Part shown: positions 38,996-50,558 of the stretch, one piece after another
How the letters are laid out: each line of letters opens with the position of its first letter
Position numbering within the stretch: the first letter of the stretch is position 1
NCBI RefSeq assembly: GCF_018350175.1
Contig: NC_058382.1
Coordinates: forward strand, 61,134,001-61,198,000
Direction: 5' to 3'
Length of the DNA stretch: 64,000 nucleotides
Source of the DNA: Felis catus
Lineage: Eukaryota
The notes under the pieces: model-generated
The model's database searches: none
What the model saw: only the letters and a program-made list of their open reading frames with translations
Told to the model about the DNA's origin: nothing
Made by a program: the position numbers and the translations under genes

Positions 38996-39284
38996 ATAAA
39001 GAGGCTGAACAGAAATAAACCCCCTTCGCGGGCCAGTCTACCAGCCTGGGCTCCACAGAACCGTGTCACTGGGATACCAGAGTGCCAGTTATCAGCCCAC
39101 AGTTCACCACCACTTCTCGGAGACACCCTCATCTGAGTGAGGTCCAGAACAAGCCCCACAACACCCGGCCAGCACTATCAAGCCCTAGAAGGCCCACGTG
39201 GAAGTCCAGCATGATTTTCATGCCCCTTCTTACAAAGCAAAGAAAATAACAAACTGATGAATAGCAGTGCAATAAAATATTTAC

Positions 39285-39293
39285 CGATTCCAT
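39285..39293 (-). promoter_or_regulatory. Start of an upstream ORF (ATG GAA TCG) that continues into the next exon
   Basis: gctATGG context (G at -3 and +4); three codons, then a phase-0 donor. Confidence 0.6.
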
Positions 39294-39366
39294 AGCTGAA
39301 AGCTGACGCTGATGAAGACTGTATCTGAAATCCAAGGGGGCGCGTCCCCGATCGGCGCTGTGTGTT
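39285..39366 (-). other. ANKRD11: ANKRD11 5'UTR exon 2 (82 nt)
   Basis: Minus strand: gttgctctctcgtttcag|AACACACAGCGCCGATCGGGGACGCGCCCCCTTGGATTTCAGATACAGTCTTCATCAGCGTCAGCTTTCAGCTATGGAATCG|gtaaat. Canonical acceptor and donor. The 3' half resembles recalled human exon 2 (...TTGGATTTAAAAGACAGTCCTCGTCAGCACTGACTTTCAGCTATGGAATCG). Confidence 0.88.
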
Positions 39367-40514
39367 CTGAAACGAGAGAGCAACATCAGCTTATACGTCT
39401 CTACCTCAGGTCTCTGTCTCATCTCAGTCTCTCCATGAAGGGCAACCCGTACTTCCCTGCCGGCTTCCTTCATGTCACAGAACTAAGCACAAGAGGGTTT
39501 GAAACGTGTGTCTGGCTGGTGTGGGCCACAAAGGGAGAACGGGCCCAGGAAAGATGCTCGCGCTTGATGATTTGCGTCAGGACACCATCCAAATGGGAAC
39601 CTCTGTTCTCAGTAATGCTTCCTGGAAAGCAGTGCCCGGAGAGGCAGGTTCAGGAAAGAACCCTCAGTGGCTTACGGGTCTCCTTGGAGATGGGGCTTCA
39701 GGACTGGGACCTCGAAGGGACCATTCAGAGACTTTTCTCTTTACGTGGAATTTGACGGAAATCTCGCAATTACTAAGGCTTTGTCAAAGTTCTGCATTTT
39801 GCATCTTCTAGGGACATCCTGTTGCGGTAAGAAAACGCAAATTCTCCCTCTGGCTCACAGAGCCCCGATGACTGGCCTCCCACAGCACCTGCTGCCCCCC
39901 ACCCCGTGTTCAGCCTCCACCTGGAGGCCTGAACCTTAACAAATAAATCAAGTGGCCGCTGTGGCCTTGTCAGTAAGAAAAGGAGAGATTACGGCACAGT
40001 ATCACGAAGAAACCTGGCTGAATAAAACTGTATCATCTCCTAGGAGGGCTCTGAGACCTTCAAGAATAAACCAAGACAGTAACAAGAAAAAACACCACTA
40101 ACTCACAACCCTTTTTCCACAACCCCATCAGAACATCACACTCTCTTCTGTCTCCAAACACATCAAAAGTATGGAGTCACTACGGGACTCACACTGGTGG
40201 ACAAGAGGCAGGAGAAGGCTCTGTCTCAGACACGGCATTCACATGAAGCAGGATCCCAAGTTCCACCCTCAGGGTGCTAAAGATCTCTGTGGTGTCTTGG
40301 CCAGTGCTTACAGCTGGGTGTGTGTTTGCAAACACGGAGCAAGGGTTTTCTGTCCCTGTATTCCTGCACAGGGTTTCTCGAAGCTAGCACGAACCTCAAG
40401 CACTGATAAACACAAGCAAGGAAAAGCAAATTCCAGTACACCACACAGCTTGGTTTCAATGAAAAGCAACAAGTATGTGATTAAGCTTTTCAATTTTCTT
40501 ATAAAGACAGTTAC

Positions 40515-40686
40515 GGGGGTATCTGGGTGGCTCAGTAAGTTGAGCATCCGACTTCAGCTCGGATCATGACCTCACAGTTCCTGAGTTCAAGCCCCATGTC
40601 GGGCTCTGTGATGACAGCTCAGAGCCTGGAGCCTGCTTCGGATTCTGTGTGTGTGTCTCTCTGATCCTCCCCTGCTTATGCTCGCA

Positions 40687-40724
<38 letters not shown>

Positions 40725-40748
40725 AATAAAATAAACGTTAAAAAAAAA
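40515..40748 (+). mobile_element. CAN-SINE, feline SINEC_Fc-like
   Basis: Head, (CT)n, aaataaacgttaaaaa tail. Confidence 0.94.
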
Positions 40749-40852
40749 GTTACAGAACAACACAGAATGCATGATGAATGCCTACACCAGGAATACAGCA
40801 AATAACAACATCTACCAGTACAGTGTTGAAGAAAACTGAGGTAGTCTTAATC

Positions 40853-41045
40853 CAAGGTTTCTCAAACTCAGCAGCAGTGGCATTCAAGGCTAGGTCACCC
40901 TCTGCGTCCTGGGCACTGGAGGAAGGTGCTGACTAGCAGTCCTGACCTGGAGCCCACCAGATGCCAGCAGCACCCCCCAGGCTGTGACCACCAGAACGTC
41001 TGGGGACACTGTCACAAACCCCCCTGAAGGGCAGAGAACCAGGGC
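40853..41045. mobile_element. MER20-like hAT-Charlie DNA transposon fossil
   Basis: ggtttctcaaactcagca...cccaccagatgccagcagcacccc...tgtgaccaccagaacgtct...gacactgtca...gagaacca matches the recalled MER20 consensus. Confidence 0.75.
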
Positions 41046-41784
41046 TGTACATCCACCTGCGATTTGACAAAAAAGGAAACCAAATCAGGTTTAGTTGTCT
41101 ATGGTCATGCAGGGAATTCAAAGCAAGTTGCAAAGAGCACCCAGGTCTCCTAAATTCTGGCCTAAAAGTCTTATCAGTCTAAGGGAAAATACTTTAGGAA
41201 TTAACCCAATTATGTCTGGAAGACAATGCAAATTAAGAGCCTCCAAAACATTTATGCCTTTTGACAGAGAAACCCCATTTCTGAGGAGTGCACATGGAAG
41301 AAACATTCTGATACGGAAACAGCTTCATGTAGCATACATGTTCACATCAAAACCCCTGCGGCCACGACAATCAGGCTCCGTTGTCAAACAGAACTGCACC
41401 GGACCACACGGTTATTGTAGGCTTACAGCTACAGGGGTTCACAGGGCACGTCCGTCCCCCCATGTCGTCCCCCCCCCCCGCCGAGAAGTAAAGAGATCAG
41501 TGAGGACAGAGCACAGGCGAAGACCTCGTAAACGTGAAAAGCCAGTGTCCGACACAGCTGGTGGGCGACTGGGAGGGGCTGAGGAAGCATTCCACAGACG
41601 GGGCAGGGGCCCACCCCTGTCTGAGGGCAAGGCCGTCACGACGCACAGCCTCGTGGAGAACCCACCTAAAGCAACAGGGAGATGTTCCCGCCGACGGGAC
41701 TGGCAGGATGCACAAGGCAAGAATCACAAGTGCCAAAGTCTGATGTGTGCAGTCTGTGTGAGAAAAATGACACAGATTCTTTAC

Positions 41785-41978
41785 TTTTTATTCATTTATT
41801 ATGAGAGAGAGCGTGAGTGAGGGAGGGGCGGTGAGAGAGACAGAGACAGACTCCCAAGCAGGCTCCACGCCGCTCAGTGCGCAGCCCGGCTCAGGGCTGG
41901 ATACCCAGGACTGTGAGGCCGTGACGTGAGCTGAAATCAAGAGTCAGACTCTAAATCGGCTGAGCCGCCCGGGTGCCC
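41785..41978 (-). mobile_element. CAN-SINE (SINEC)
   Basis: Reverse-complement SINE ending tgagccgcccgggtgccc. Confidence 0.9.
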
Positions 41979-42204
41979 TGAAAATTAGTTTTTAAAATAA
42001 ACAGATGCACAGCCATAAAGAAAATCAAAAAAGGGAAACTCTGTAGACCAAAAACTGGGTAATTCCAGAAAATCAGGAGAATCAAAGCATGAAATCAAAG
42101 CAGAGAAAGTGACTGGGAACGCACTGTGAGAACGGGGGGCGTGGCGGGGGAGGGCACAATCACAGGAAGTGTACAAGACCACACTGTACAAAACCAGCTG
42201 GCTT

Positions 42205-42445
42205 GGGGAACCTGGGTGGCTCAGTCGGTTGAATGTCCGACTTCGGCTCAGGTCACGATCTCGCGGTCTGTGAGCTCGAGCCCTGCGTCGGGCGCTATGC
42301 TGACAGCTCAGAGCCTGGAGCCTGCTTCTGATTCTGTGTCTCCCTCTCTCTCTGCCCCTCCCCTGCTCGCTTGCTCTCTCTCTCTCTCTCTCTCTCTCTG
42401 TCAAAAATAAATAAACACTAAAAAAATTTTTTTAAAAAAACAAAA
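42205..42445 (+). mobile_element. CAN-SINE, feline SINEC_Fc-like
   Basis: TSD acaaaaccagc(t/c)ggct at 42188-42203 and 42446-42461. Confidence 0.95.
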
Positions 42446-42593
42446 ACAAAACCAGCCGGCTCTTCCCAGGCAGGACCAACCCAGACTCCACCAACCACCA
42501 CCCCGCGCTGCCTTTCAAGAGGTTCCCCAGCACCCCGACTCCCTGCTCACCCTCAATATGGTACGTCACCACGAGGAACGGTCTTTCAGACAT

Positions 42594-42621
42594 CACACAC
42601 ACACACACACACACACACACA
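42594..42621 (+). repeat. (CA)n microsatellite, about 14 units
   Basis: Read directly from the sequence. Confidence 0.95.
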
Positions 42622-43224
42622 TCTTGAAACCCTGATTAATGAGGACACAAAAACAACTTTTCTGAGGGTCTAAGTCAGGAAATAGTACCAGTTATCTCCA
42701 GCTCTTAGCCAACTCATCGAATTCCAAATCAGCATCATGCTCTAAGGGCAAAACTCAAAAGAAACACGAATATGCCGGTATCTGCCCATCTCTGGAGTGC
42801 ACTGCTGACCTCACCATTTTATGACAGGGTCACGGGCAATGGAAACATGAAGATAACAGAAAAGGGGGCGGTGACTGTTCCACCTCATTGGTGTGAAGAG
42901 GCTCCAGCAAAATGATGGCTCATTTACTTGCAATCTCCCACAACGCTTACCCGCTCTACTCCTAGAAAGCGAACAACCTGAGGACAGACCACGGGACACC
43001 GTGTACCAGCCTATCTTCCGTTACACAGGAACTCAGAGTCAGGAACAGCTCCCCTCGTTCTAGGCAAGTGCTCTCTACTCCCGCCCCTGGAGCCCATGGA
43101 AGACAGACCTTAACAGAAGCCACATACCAAGCACATCAGGGACACAGACAGGAAGCACGAACCCACCCTCCACCAGGCACAGCAAAAGCCTGAACTGAAC
43201 GGGGCCGTCCAGCTAGAAGATTCG

Positions 43225-43253
43225 CCTTGAAAAAGGAACATAAAACCCAAAGA

Positions 43254-43304
<51 letters not shown>

Positions 43305-43560
43305 CACAACGCAGCAAAGCTACTGGATACAAGATCAGTGTCCACAAATCTGCTGCGTTTCTATACTCTGGCAAGAACAAAATCTGAAAGGGAAATGAAG
43401 AAAACACGGTTTACAACAGCATCAGAAAAAATACTTAGGGACAAATTTACCCAAAGAGGTCAAAGACTTGCACACTGAAAACTCTGCCTTAAGAAACCAA
43501 AGACGACCTATGTGCGTGGACTCCCGTGTTCGTGGACTGCAGGAACTAAGACATCGGCAG
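43225..43560 (+). mobile_element. L1 ORF2 (RT region) fragment containing a (CA)n
   Basis: From 43313 it translates SKATGYKISVHKSAAFLYS, similar to L1 ORF2 SKVSGYKINVQKSQAFLYT; followed by aaatacttaggga...aaagacttgcacactgaaaact. Confidence 0.85.
43256..43300 (+). repeat. (AC)n microsatellite, about 22 units
   Basis: Read directly from the sequence. Confidence 0.95.
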
Positions 43561-43591
43561 AGTCGCGTGCAGCTATAAAATGCTTTCCTCC

Positions 43592-43793
43592 GGGGGTGCG
43601 GGGGGAGCTCAGTCAGTCAAGCCTCGTGGTTTCGGCTCAGGTCACGATCTCACAGTTCGTGGGTTTGAGCCCCTGTATCGATCGGGCTCTGTGCTGACAG
43701 ACAGCAAGGAGCCTGCTTGGGATTTTCTCTCTCCCTCTCTCTCTACCCCTCCCACACTCACTCTCTCAAAAATAAATACATATTTTTTAAAAA
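43592..43793 (+). mobile_element. CAN-SINE (SINEC)
   Basis: gctcagtcagtc...ggctcaggtcacgatctcacagttcgtggg...aaaataaata. Confidence 0.9.
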
Positions 43794-44027
43794 CGTTTTC
43801 CTTTAAACATCCTATCTAGTGCAACTTACAGAACTACAAAAGTTTTCCAGGTTTTTCTTTTCCTAAAAGGGTGATTTTTTTTTAAATACCAGAGAGAAAC
43901 TCCTCAGACTATCAACCTCTAAAACAAGGGGATTAAGATTTGAGAATCCCTAAACCTCTTTAGTCCTAAAAATTTAAGATCCTTCAATATACAACATAAC
44001 ATTGTTTCCTTTAGAAACACACCCCCA

Positions 44028-44258
44028 GGAGCACCTGGGTGGCTCAGTCAAAGCGTCCGACTTCAGCTCAGGTCATGATCTCGCAGTCCGTAGGTTCGAG
44101 CCCCACACTGGGCTCTGTGCTGACAGCTCAGAGTCTGGAGCCTGCTTCAGATTCTGTGTCTCCCTCTCTCTGCTCCTCCCCTGCTCTCACTATGTCTGTC
44201 TCCATCTGTCTCTCTCTCTCTCTCAAAAATAAACTTTAAAAAACAAAACAAAACAAAA
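44028..44258 (+). mobile_element. CAN-SINE, feline SINEC_Fc-like, with (AAAAC)n tail
   Basis: Full element. Confidence 0.93.
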
Positions 44259-44269
44259 CACTCCCAAAG

Positions 44270-44365
44270 GGGGTCAGTGGAGTAAAAGACTCTTGATCTC
44301 AGGGTTATGAGTTTGAGCCCCAAGTTGGGTGTAGAGATTACTTAACAATAAAATCTTTAGAAAGA
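44270..44365 (+). mobile_element. Short tRNA-Lys-derived carnivore SINE
   Basis: gactcttgatctcagggttatgagtttgagccccaagttgggtgtagagattacttaacaataaaatcttt. Confidence 0.8.
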
Positions 44366-44816
44366 AAAATACGCTATTTTCCTTCAATGTATTCTTTTCA
44401 TGGAGAACATGAACCCACTGCAATACTTTGTACGGCGGCTGGACTCCTAGGACGCACGGCACAACACAACCTAAGGGGTGGGGAGGGAGCTGGGGGAGGC
44501 GCAGGGCTGCGAGGACCCACCTGGCGCCCCACGGAGCTGAGACAAGCGGAAGCAGGCGTGCTCAGCTCCGATGCTCCATGTTTCGCCGACTGTACTGTGT
44601 CGTGTAATGAGGACAGAGCTCAGGAAGCATGTGTGGAAGGAGCAACCTGTGATCAGGCGCTCTGCACTGCAGCCCCAACCCCAGCCCCGTGGGGTGAGTC
44701 CACGGTCCTGAGGTCCAGCCCATGGAATGAGAGGAACACTGCCAGAACCAATTAAACTGCTTTCTTAAGAAAAACAAAGGGGAGTTTATTCTTTACACGG
44801 TATCTTTTCCAATTTA

Positions 44817-44987
44817 CTTTTAAGTTTATTATGAAAGAGAGAGACAAGACAGCATGAGTGGGGGAGGGGCAGGAAGAAAAGAGAGAGAGAGAATCCCGAG
44901 TGGGGGCTTGAACTCATGAATCTTGAGATCAGGACCTGGGCGGAAACCAAGAGTCGGATGCTCAACTGACTGAGCCACCCAGGCGCC
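44817..44987 (-). mobile_element. CAN-SINE with internal deletion
   Basis: Reverse-complement SINE ending gagccacccaggcgcc. Confidence 0.88.
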
Positions 44988-45022
44988 TCTCTTTTCCACG
45001 TCCATCTGGAAATCTTTTTTAC

Positions 45023-45197
45023 TTTTTAATTTTTTTTAAGTTTATTTATTTATTTGGTGGGGCGGGGGGGGGGGGGGCACTCCAAGTAGGCTCCATGCCT
45101 TCAGTGCAGAGCCTGATGCAGACTCACAAACTGTGAGATCATGACCTGAGCAGAGATCGAGTCCGACGCCTAACCGACCGAGCCCCCCAGGGGCCCC
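45023..45197 (-). mobile_element. CAN-SINE (SINEC)
   Basis: T-rich tail, G-run, gagatcatgacctgagc...gagccccccaggggcccc. Confidence 0.88.
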
Positions 45198-46620
45198 ACC
45201 CACAAATCTTAATGTTAGTTTGTGCTGGCCGGACCCCTCCCCTTCCACTTCCTGTCCCCTCACGAAGGCAGCCGCACACCTGCCAGGAGAATGAGAAGTG
45301 GCGGGCCAGCCGGTCGTCCAAGCCCAAGCCCCATCCGAGGCTTCTGGCAAACAAAGCCTCCCCGGCCAGCAGAGTCCGCCTCCAACTCTGTCCTCCCATT
45401 AACACAATGGCCGAACCCAGGAACTCCCACTCGGGTCTGCTTCTTGGCTAGGAATCATTTAGAGAATTCTGGAGTAGCCAAGGTGAAGTGCAAAAGACAA
45501 GTGAAAGCAAGCTGGCCCGAGTGCCTGCGACCTGACACCCAGGTGCACTTACGTCCCTTCTGTATGAGGTCTGACACGCAGGATGGCGGCCCCAGCGTGT
45601 CCCCACCACTAACCTGTGCCGCGTCCTCCCAACACTTCACTTACCCCGTGACAACCCTACCGGAACAGGACCGTTCCATTTCTCTGATGAGAAACCAGGT
45701 TCTAAAAGGCTGACTCATTTGCCTCAAAATCAGGATCAAACTCAGGCAATCACACACACCACCCGCCCCCCCCCCCCCCCATGTACACAAGGCTCCTGGA
45801 GAGCATTTCAAGTCCACGACCGAGACAAAGCCCTCCCGCGCCTCCAACGTGACACAATACTGGCACTGACAAGGAGGGAGCTCAGGCCGCGAGCATCCAG
45901 GGCAGGCCCGCTTCTCCCTCCCTCTGCACCAGGAGTGGAGCTGCCGCCCTCTGCGCCCAACCGCCCCCACCCCCTTCTCGAACCACTCGGGTTTCTCTCC
46001 CCAACTCTATTAACACTTTGTTTCACAAGCCAGACTTCCTCCTGCACTTGCTCCTTAAATGTGGCTCCCGCCTCTCTCTGGACGATCTTATCTGCCTCTG
46101 TGGCTTTAATAACCACGCTGTCAAATCCCTTCCGCTTCTCCAACTCAGAGCTCCCCAGTGAACCCTCCGAGTCCAGCCACGTCACAGCCACAGCCACCGG
46201 CACACTGCAGTGCACACGTGGGCCCCCAAGGCGGCTGTGACTGCTGTGTTTCCTGACCCAGGTCCGGGTACCAGTGTCTAGATACTCATCCAAATTAGAA
46301 ACCTGTTGTCCCCTTCTCTCTGGTGCTCAAAAGCCACCTGACAAGTTCTGTCAATTCCAGCATCTCAGCACACTCCTCCCCGCTGGCCTCGCTCTAACTC
46401 AGTGGATGTCCAGATTTCTTCACTTATGCTATCAAGACAGCATCTTTACCTCTACTCCGACCAACTCACCCCACACTGAGAACTGAACTTGGCAGGTCTG
46501 AATCACCTCTCTCATGCCTATGGGAGTCACTGCACTAACAAGTATAGTATGTTAGTGTTCAAATTTCAAATCCAGAGTGGGAAACATTTTACATCACGAC
46601 ACACACAGACACACACACAC

Positions 46621-46826
46621 GGGGCTGAGTCAGTTAGGCGTCCGACTTGATTTCGGCTCAGGTCATGATCTCACAGTTCATGGGCCTGAGCACCACATCC
46701 AGCTCTGTGCTCACAGCTATGGAGCCTGCTTGGGATTCTCTGTCTCCCTCTTCCCCACCCCCCCCACCACCACCCCCACTCTTTATCTTTCTGTCTCAAA
46801 ATACATAAACATTAAAAAAAGAAGAA
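46621..46826 (+). mobile_element. CAN-SINE (SINEC)
   Basis: ggctgagtcagttaggcgtccgacttgatttcggctcaggtcatgatctc, followed by tail. Confidence 0.9.
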
Positions 46827-47702
46827 GATGACGACACACGTACACACAAAGACACAACTGCAGGGAGCTGTCCCGCACAGCGCCCGGGTGTCTCCCACTC
46901 GAGCCGAGGCCGGTTGCCGTGTCGCTTGGTTTTTAAAGCAGGTGCCTCCCACCCAGCTGACTTCACGGGCCGTCAGCTTTCCTAGAGTGGACAGGCACCG
47001 TTCTCTACTTTCTCCTCATGCTGCCGTCTTTGGGAGACCTTCCCCCAGTGCCGCCCCCCCCCCCGCCCCCCACGCTGCAGGGCAACCAATGAGCTAACCT
47101 CGCAAGTCCCTGCAGAGCCCAACACCATACCCAGGGTCACACGGGTACACCAACACTGAGACCCAGCGCACAGGAAGCCCTCCACCGGGAGCCTCAGAGC
47201 ACAAACCCGCCGGCGTACTGGCCAGCCTGGAAACAAGCCTCCTCACGCAGCAGCGCGGTCCCAACAAGCCTCCAGCCTCTGCCTCCGAGAAGCTGTGCGC
47301 TTTGCAGCCAGCTCATACTCATTCTTCGATCCGGATGAAAACTCACCTCAAATACATGTAGTTTGGGACAAAACCGATTAGAAATTAAGAATACAGGAAG
47401 AAGGCTTCCCCCGCAGAACATTTCACTAGAAGCCCCAGCTGAGTGGCCAGGCCTGGTCACCTCCTAACCCTCAGGCGATTCATCTGGACACAGCTGGCTC
47501 CTCAGAGTTTTCTGATTCTGCATCACCTACAAATTAATACGTTTCTTTACGTAAAGTGTCCAATTTCTCCTTCAGGTTACTGCTTCCTGACAGTGCAAAA
47601 ACCCCTCTACGTGCCAAGTTACAGACCACTTTTCTCCTCCACCTTACTACCACCTACAAAGCTTTCAAAATGTATTATTACCAAATGGAAAAGAAGCATC
47701 AT

Positions 47703-47921
47703 GGGCGCCTTGGTGGCTTAGTGTGTTAAGCGTCCAACTCCTGGTTTCAGCTCAGGTCAAGATCTCACGGTTAGTGACTTCGAGCCCCACGTCGGGCTCT
47801 GTGCTGACAGCTCAGAGCCTGGAGCCCACTTTGGATTCTGTGTCTCCCTCTCTCTCTCTGCCCCTCCCCTGCTCGTTCGTGTTCTCTCTCGAAAATAAAT
47901 AAACATTAAATATATATATAT
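47703..47921 (+). mobile_element. CAN-SINE with (TA)n tail end
   Basis: Full element. Confidence 0.93.
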
Positions 47922-49287
47922 CGCTCACTAGTCCAAAGATTAAACTCTTTGAACTCTCAAGTTCAAAGATCTCCCTCAAGGAGCAGCGAGGGAGAGAGAC
48001 AGGGATGAAGGGAGAAAGAGGGCACCCAGCCCACAAGGACTGCATAGAAACCAGTCACACTTGGAAAAGAGCCAGAGAGATGTTTGGGATCAGCACAGGG
48101 CAGTAATGCTCACTGGCTGTTGTCTGTAACCACAGCGCCTGAGGGGAGACACCCACACAGGACGCTGGCCTCCAAATGCAGAAGCTTCCAGGAATTTAAG
48201 ACCCCCCACTGTCCTGTCCCACGCACTAGATGGAGACAGGGCCCAAAATGCAAACAGGCATTGAAGGCAAAGGGGATGCCTGCTGAGTCTCAAAGACTTA
48301 AATCACCTGTGATTTATCTCCTACATATTTCTACCCCAAAAGATGCCTCTGCGAGTCTGTCGCTGGGGGTAAGGATGGTAAACTGTTAGTTTTGTGAAAT
48401 GCTTCCCCAGCAAATCTAGTAATAATCCCTGATCTAGTCCCACTGTCCCATCCAAACCCCCAATTATGCAACTGTGGAAACAATCGCCAGAAAGCAGTGT
48501 TCCTCAAACTTGAGAATTCTCGTTACCCTTCCCTCCAGAAGAAGTTTAAGAGGCCTCATTTGAGGAACAGGCCAGAGAAATGAGAAGATCCCACCCACGT
48601 GCCAGGAGTAGCGGGCTGCCCGCGGGCTCGTGTTACGACATGAAGGGCCCAGGCTGCTGGTCTATGGACTGTGCCGCCCTCCACACCCCACGACAGAGGT
48701 CTCCTGGGTACAAATCTGCTCTGACGGACAGGATCAAACCGCTACTTATTAAAGGCTGGAACGCGGATGGGCAAAACCAGACTCATGCAGCCACACCACA
48801 CATGACATCAGAGAAGGAGACTCCATAATCTTCTGGATTCTAGCGATCTAATGGGGGAGGAGCTACCTACTGCTAGGGCCTGGGGTTTGGGGGGTGCCCC
48901 CACCTGAAGATCGCACAAATGGGCAAGAACGAAGGGACTGCAGGGCCAGTGCAGGTGCACGTCAGGCATGTCCATCAGCGTGCTGACTCCCCTTCAAGAC
49001 AGGACATCTGCTCGGAGCGCAGCATCCGCCTACCAGCCCGCCACCGCCACGCCTTCACAAACCAGCATGCTTTCAATTTCCTCAGTTCAAGGAGTAACGT
49101 GTCTGTCTCACTTCCATTTCTGCATTTAATTCCATAGGCTAGCAATGCCCTTCATGGACAGAGCTCCTCAAATGTCCAGAAGGACAAATGTATTCTAGTA
49201 ACGTAGCTGAACCGGTGAAATGACGCATTTTGCTGCCAAGCAGAGAAGTCACCGACGCATCCACGCGTATCCGCCCACCAAACTGAC

Positions 49288-49358
49288 AGGAGACACCCCA
49301 AGCAAAGCAGGTGATTCTCCCCCTTGACAAGTGGAGTACAACTTTCCTCCATTAAAAC
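49288..49358 (-). other. Candidate 71-nt alternative 5'UTR exon in intron 1
   Basis: aattaacttgaattttcag|GTTTTAATGGAGG...GGTGTCTCCT|gtcagt. Reasonable acceptor with a TTAAC branch-like motif; weak donor; non-repetitive surroundings. Confidence 0.35.
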
Positions 49359-49746
49359 CTGAAAATTCAAGTTAATTCCTGGTAGAACATCAACAGGAAC
49401 CTCCAATAATGGCTGCCCTGGCTGTTAAGAGAGAACAAAGCAGGGTGGCCATTCAGCAAGAGTGAAACTAAAGCAGCTGAAGAGGAGGAACTAAAATCTG
49501 GATCCAAATGCGTGAGCATCAGGGCAACCAAAGCCTCCTTTCTGGATTCACCATCAGAATATTCCTTCAAGAGGACTTCCTTCAGAATTAAAATAGATAA
49601 TTATTTTCAACACTGCCAATTAAGTGCAAGATGCAACCAGAAAGCTTTGACCACATATCTGTTTCAACTAAATTACTACAATTATCTTAAGTAATTAGCA
49701 AATTGTCAATTGAGACATCCCAGAATAAGGGTCAAAAAATGGTACT

Positions 49747-49955
49747 TTTTTTTTTAAAGATTTATCTATCTTTGAGAGAGAGCGAGAGAGCGCACGCGCA
49801 AGCAGGGAAGGGGCAAAGAGAGAAGGGGACAGAGGATCCAAACTGGGCTCCACACTGACAGCACAGAGCCCGACGCAGGGCTCGACCTCACGAACCGTGA
49901 GATCATGACCTGAGCCAAAGTCTGACGATCGACCAACTGAGCCACCAGGTGCCCC
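49747..49955 (-). mobile_element. CAN-SINE (SINEC)
   Basis: TSD aaaatggt(a/g)ct at 49736-49746 and 49956-49966. Confidence 0.93.
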
Positions 49956-50134
49956 AAAATGGTGCTCCTCAAAAAGAAGTTACGTTTAGCTCTTAGGTGG
50001 ACTAACTTCCTAACTCTAACTGAACAAAATTCTGAATTCAATGTACATTTATCAACCGTATCTTAAAAGTGATGGGGGAGGGAACTGGAAAGTGGGGGAA
50101 GCTCAAAGTGGTTTCATTTAAACCAAAGACGGCA

Positions 50135-50340
50135 GGGCGCCTGGGGGGCTCAGTCAGGTAAGCGTCCGACTTCAGCTCAGGTCACGATCTCACAGTTCAT
50201 GGGTTCAAGCCCCGCATCGGGCTCTGTGCTGACAGCTCAGAGCCTGGAGCCTGCTTCGGATTCGGTGTCTCCCTCTCTCTGCTCCTCCCCTGCTTGTGCT
50301 CTATCTCTCAAAAATAAATAAACATTAAAAAAAATTTTTT
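50135..50340 (+). mobile_element. CAN-SINE, feline SINEC_Fc-like
   Basis: TSD-like tttaaaccaaaga on both sides. Confidence 0.94.
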
Positions 50341-50519
50341 TTAAACCAAAGATGTTAACAGTCAATATATGAGCACTCGTCCCCAATCTCCTAAAAGGTG
50401 ACGTGCAAAAAAGGAACAGTGTAAACAAAACTCATATCTCCTCAAATCTAACCATTTTTAAAACAGTGACATAAACTATGTTTAATTCCTTGAGGAGAAG
50501 CCCATAATTAAAGACATAG

Positions 50520-50522
<3 letters not shown>

Positions 50523-50556
<34 letters not shown>
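50523..50556 (+). repeat. (AC)n microsatellite, about 17 units
   Basis: Read directly from the sequence. Confidence 0.95.

Positions 50557-50558
<2 letters not shown>

Noticed and set aside
47461..47526. 66-nt minus-strand candidate exon (ttaatttgtag|GTGATG...GAG|gtgacc)
   Set aside because: Both splice sites are weak and there is no other support.
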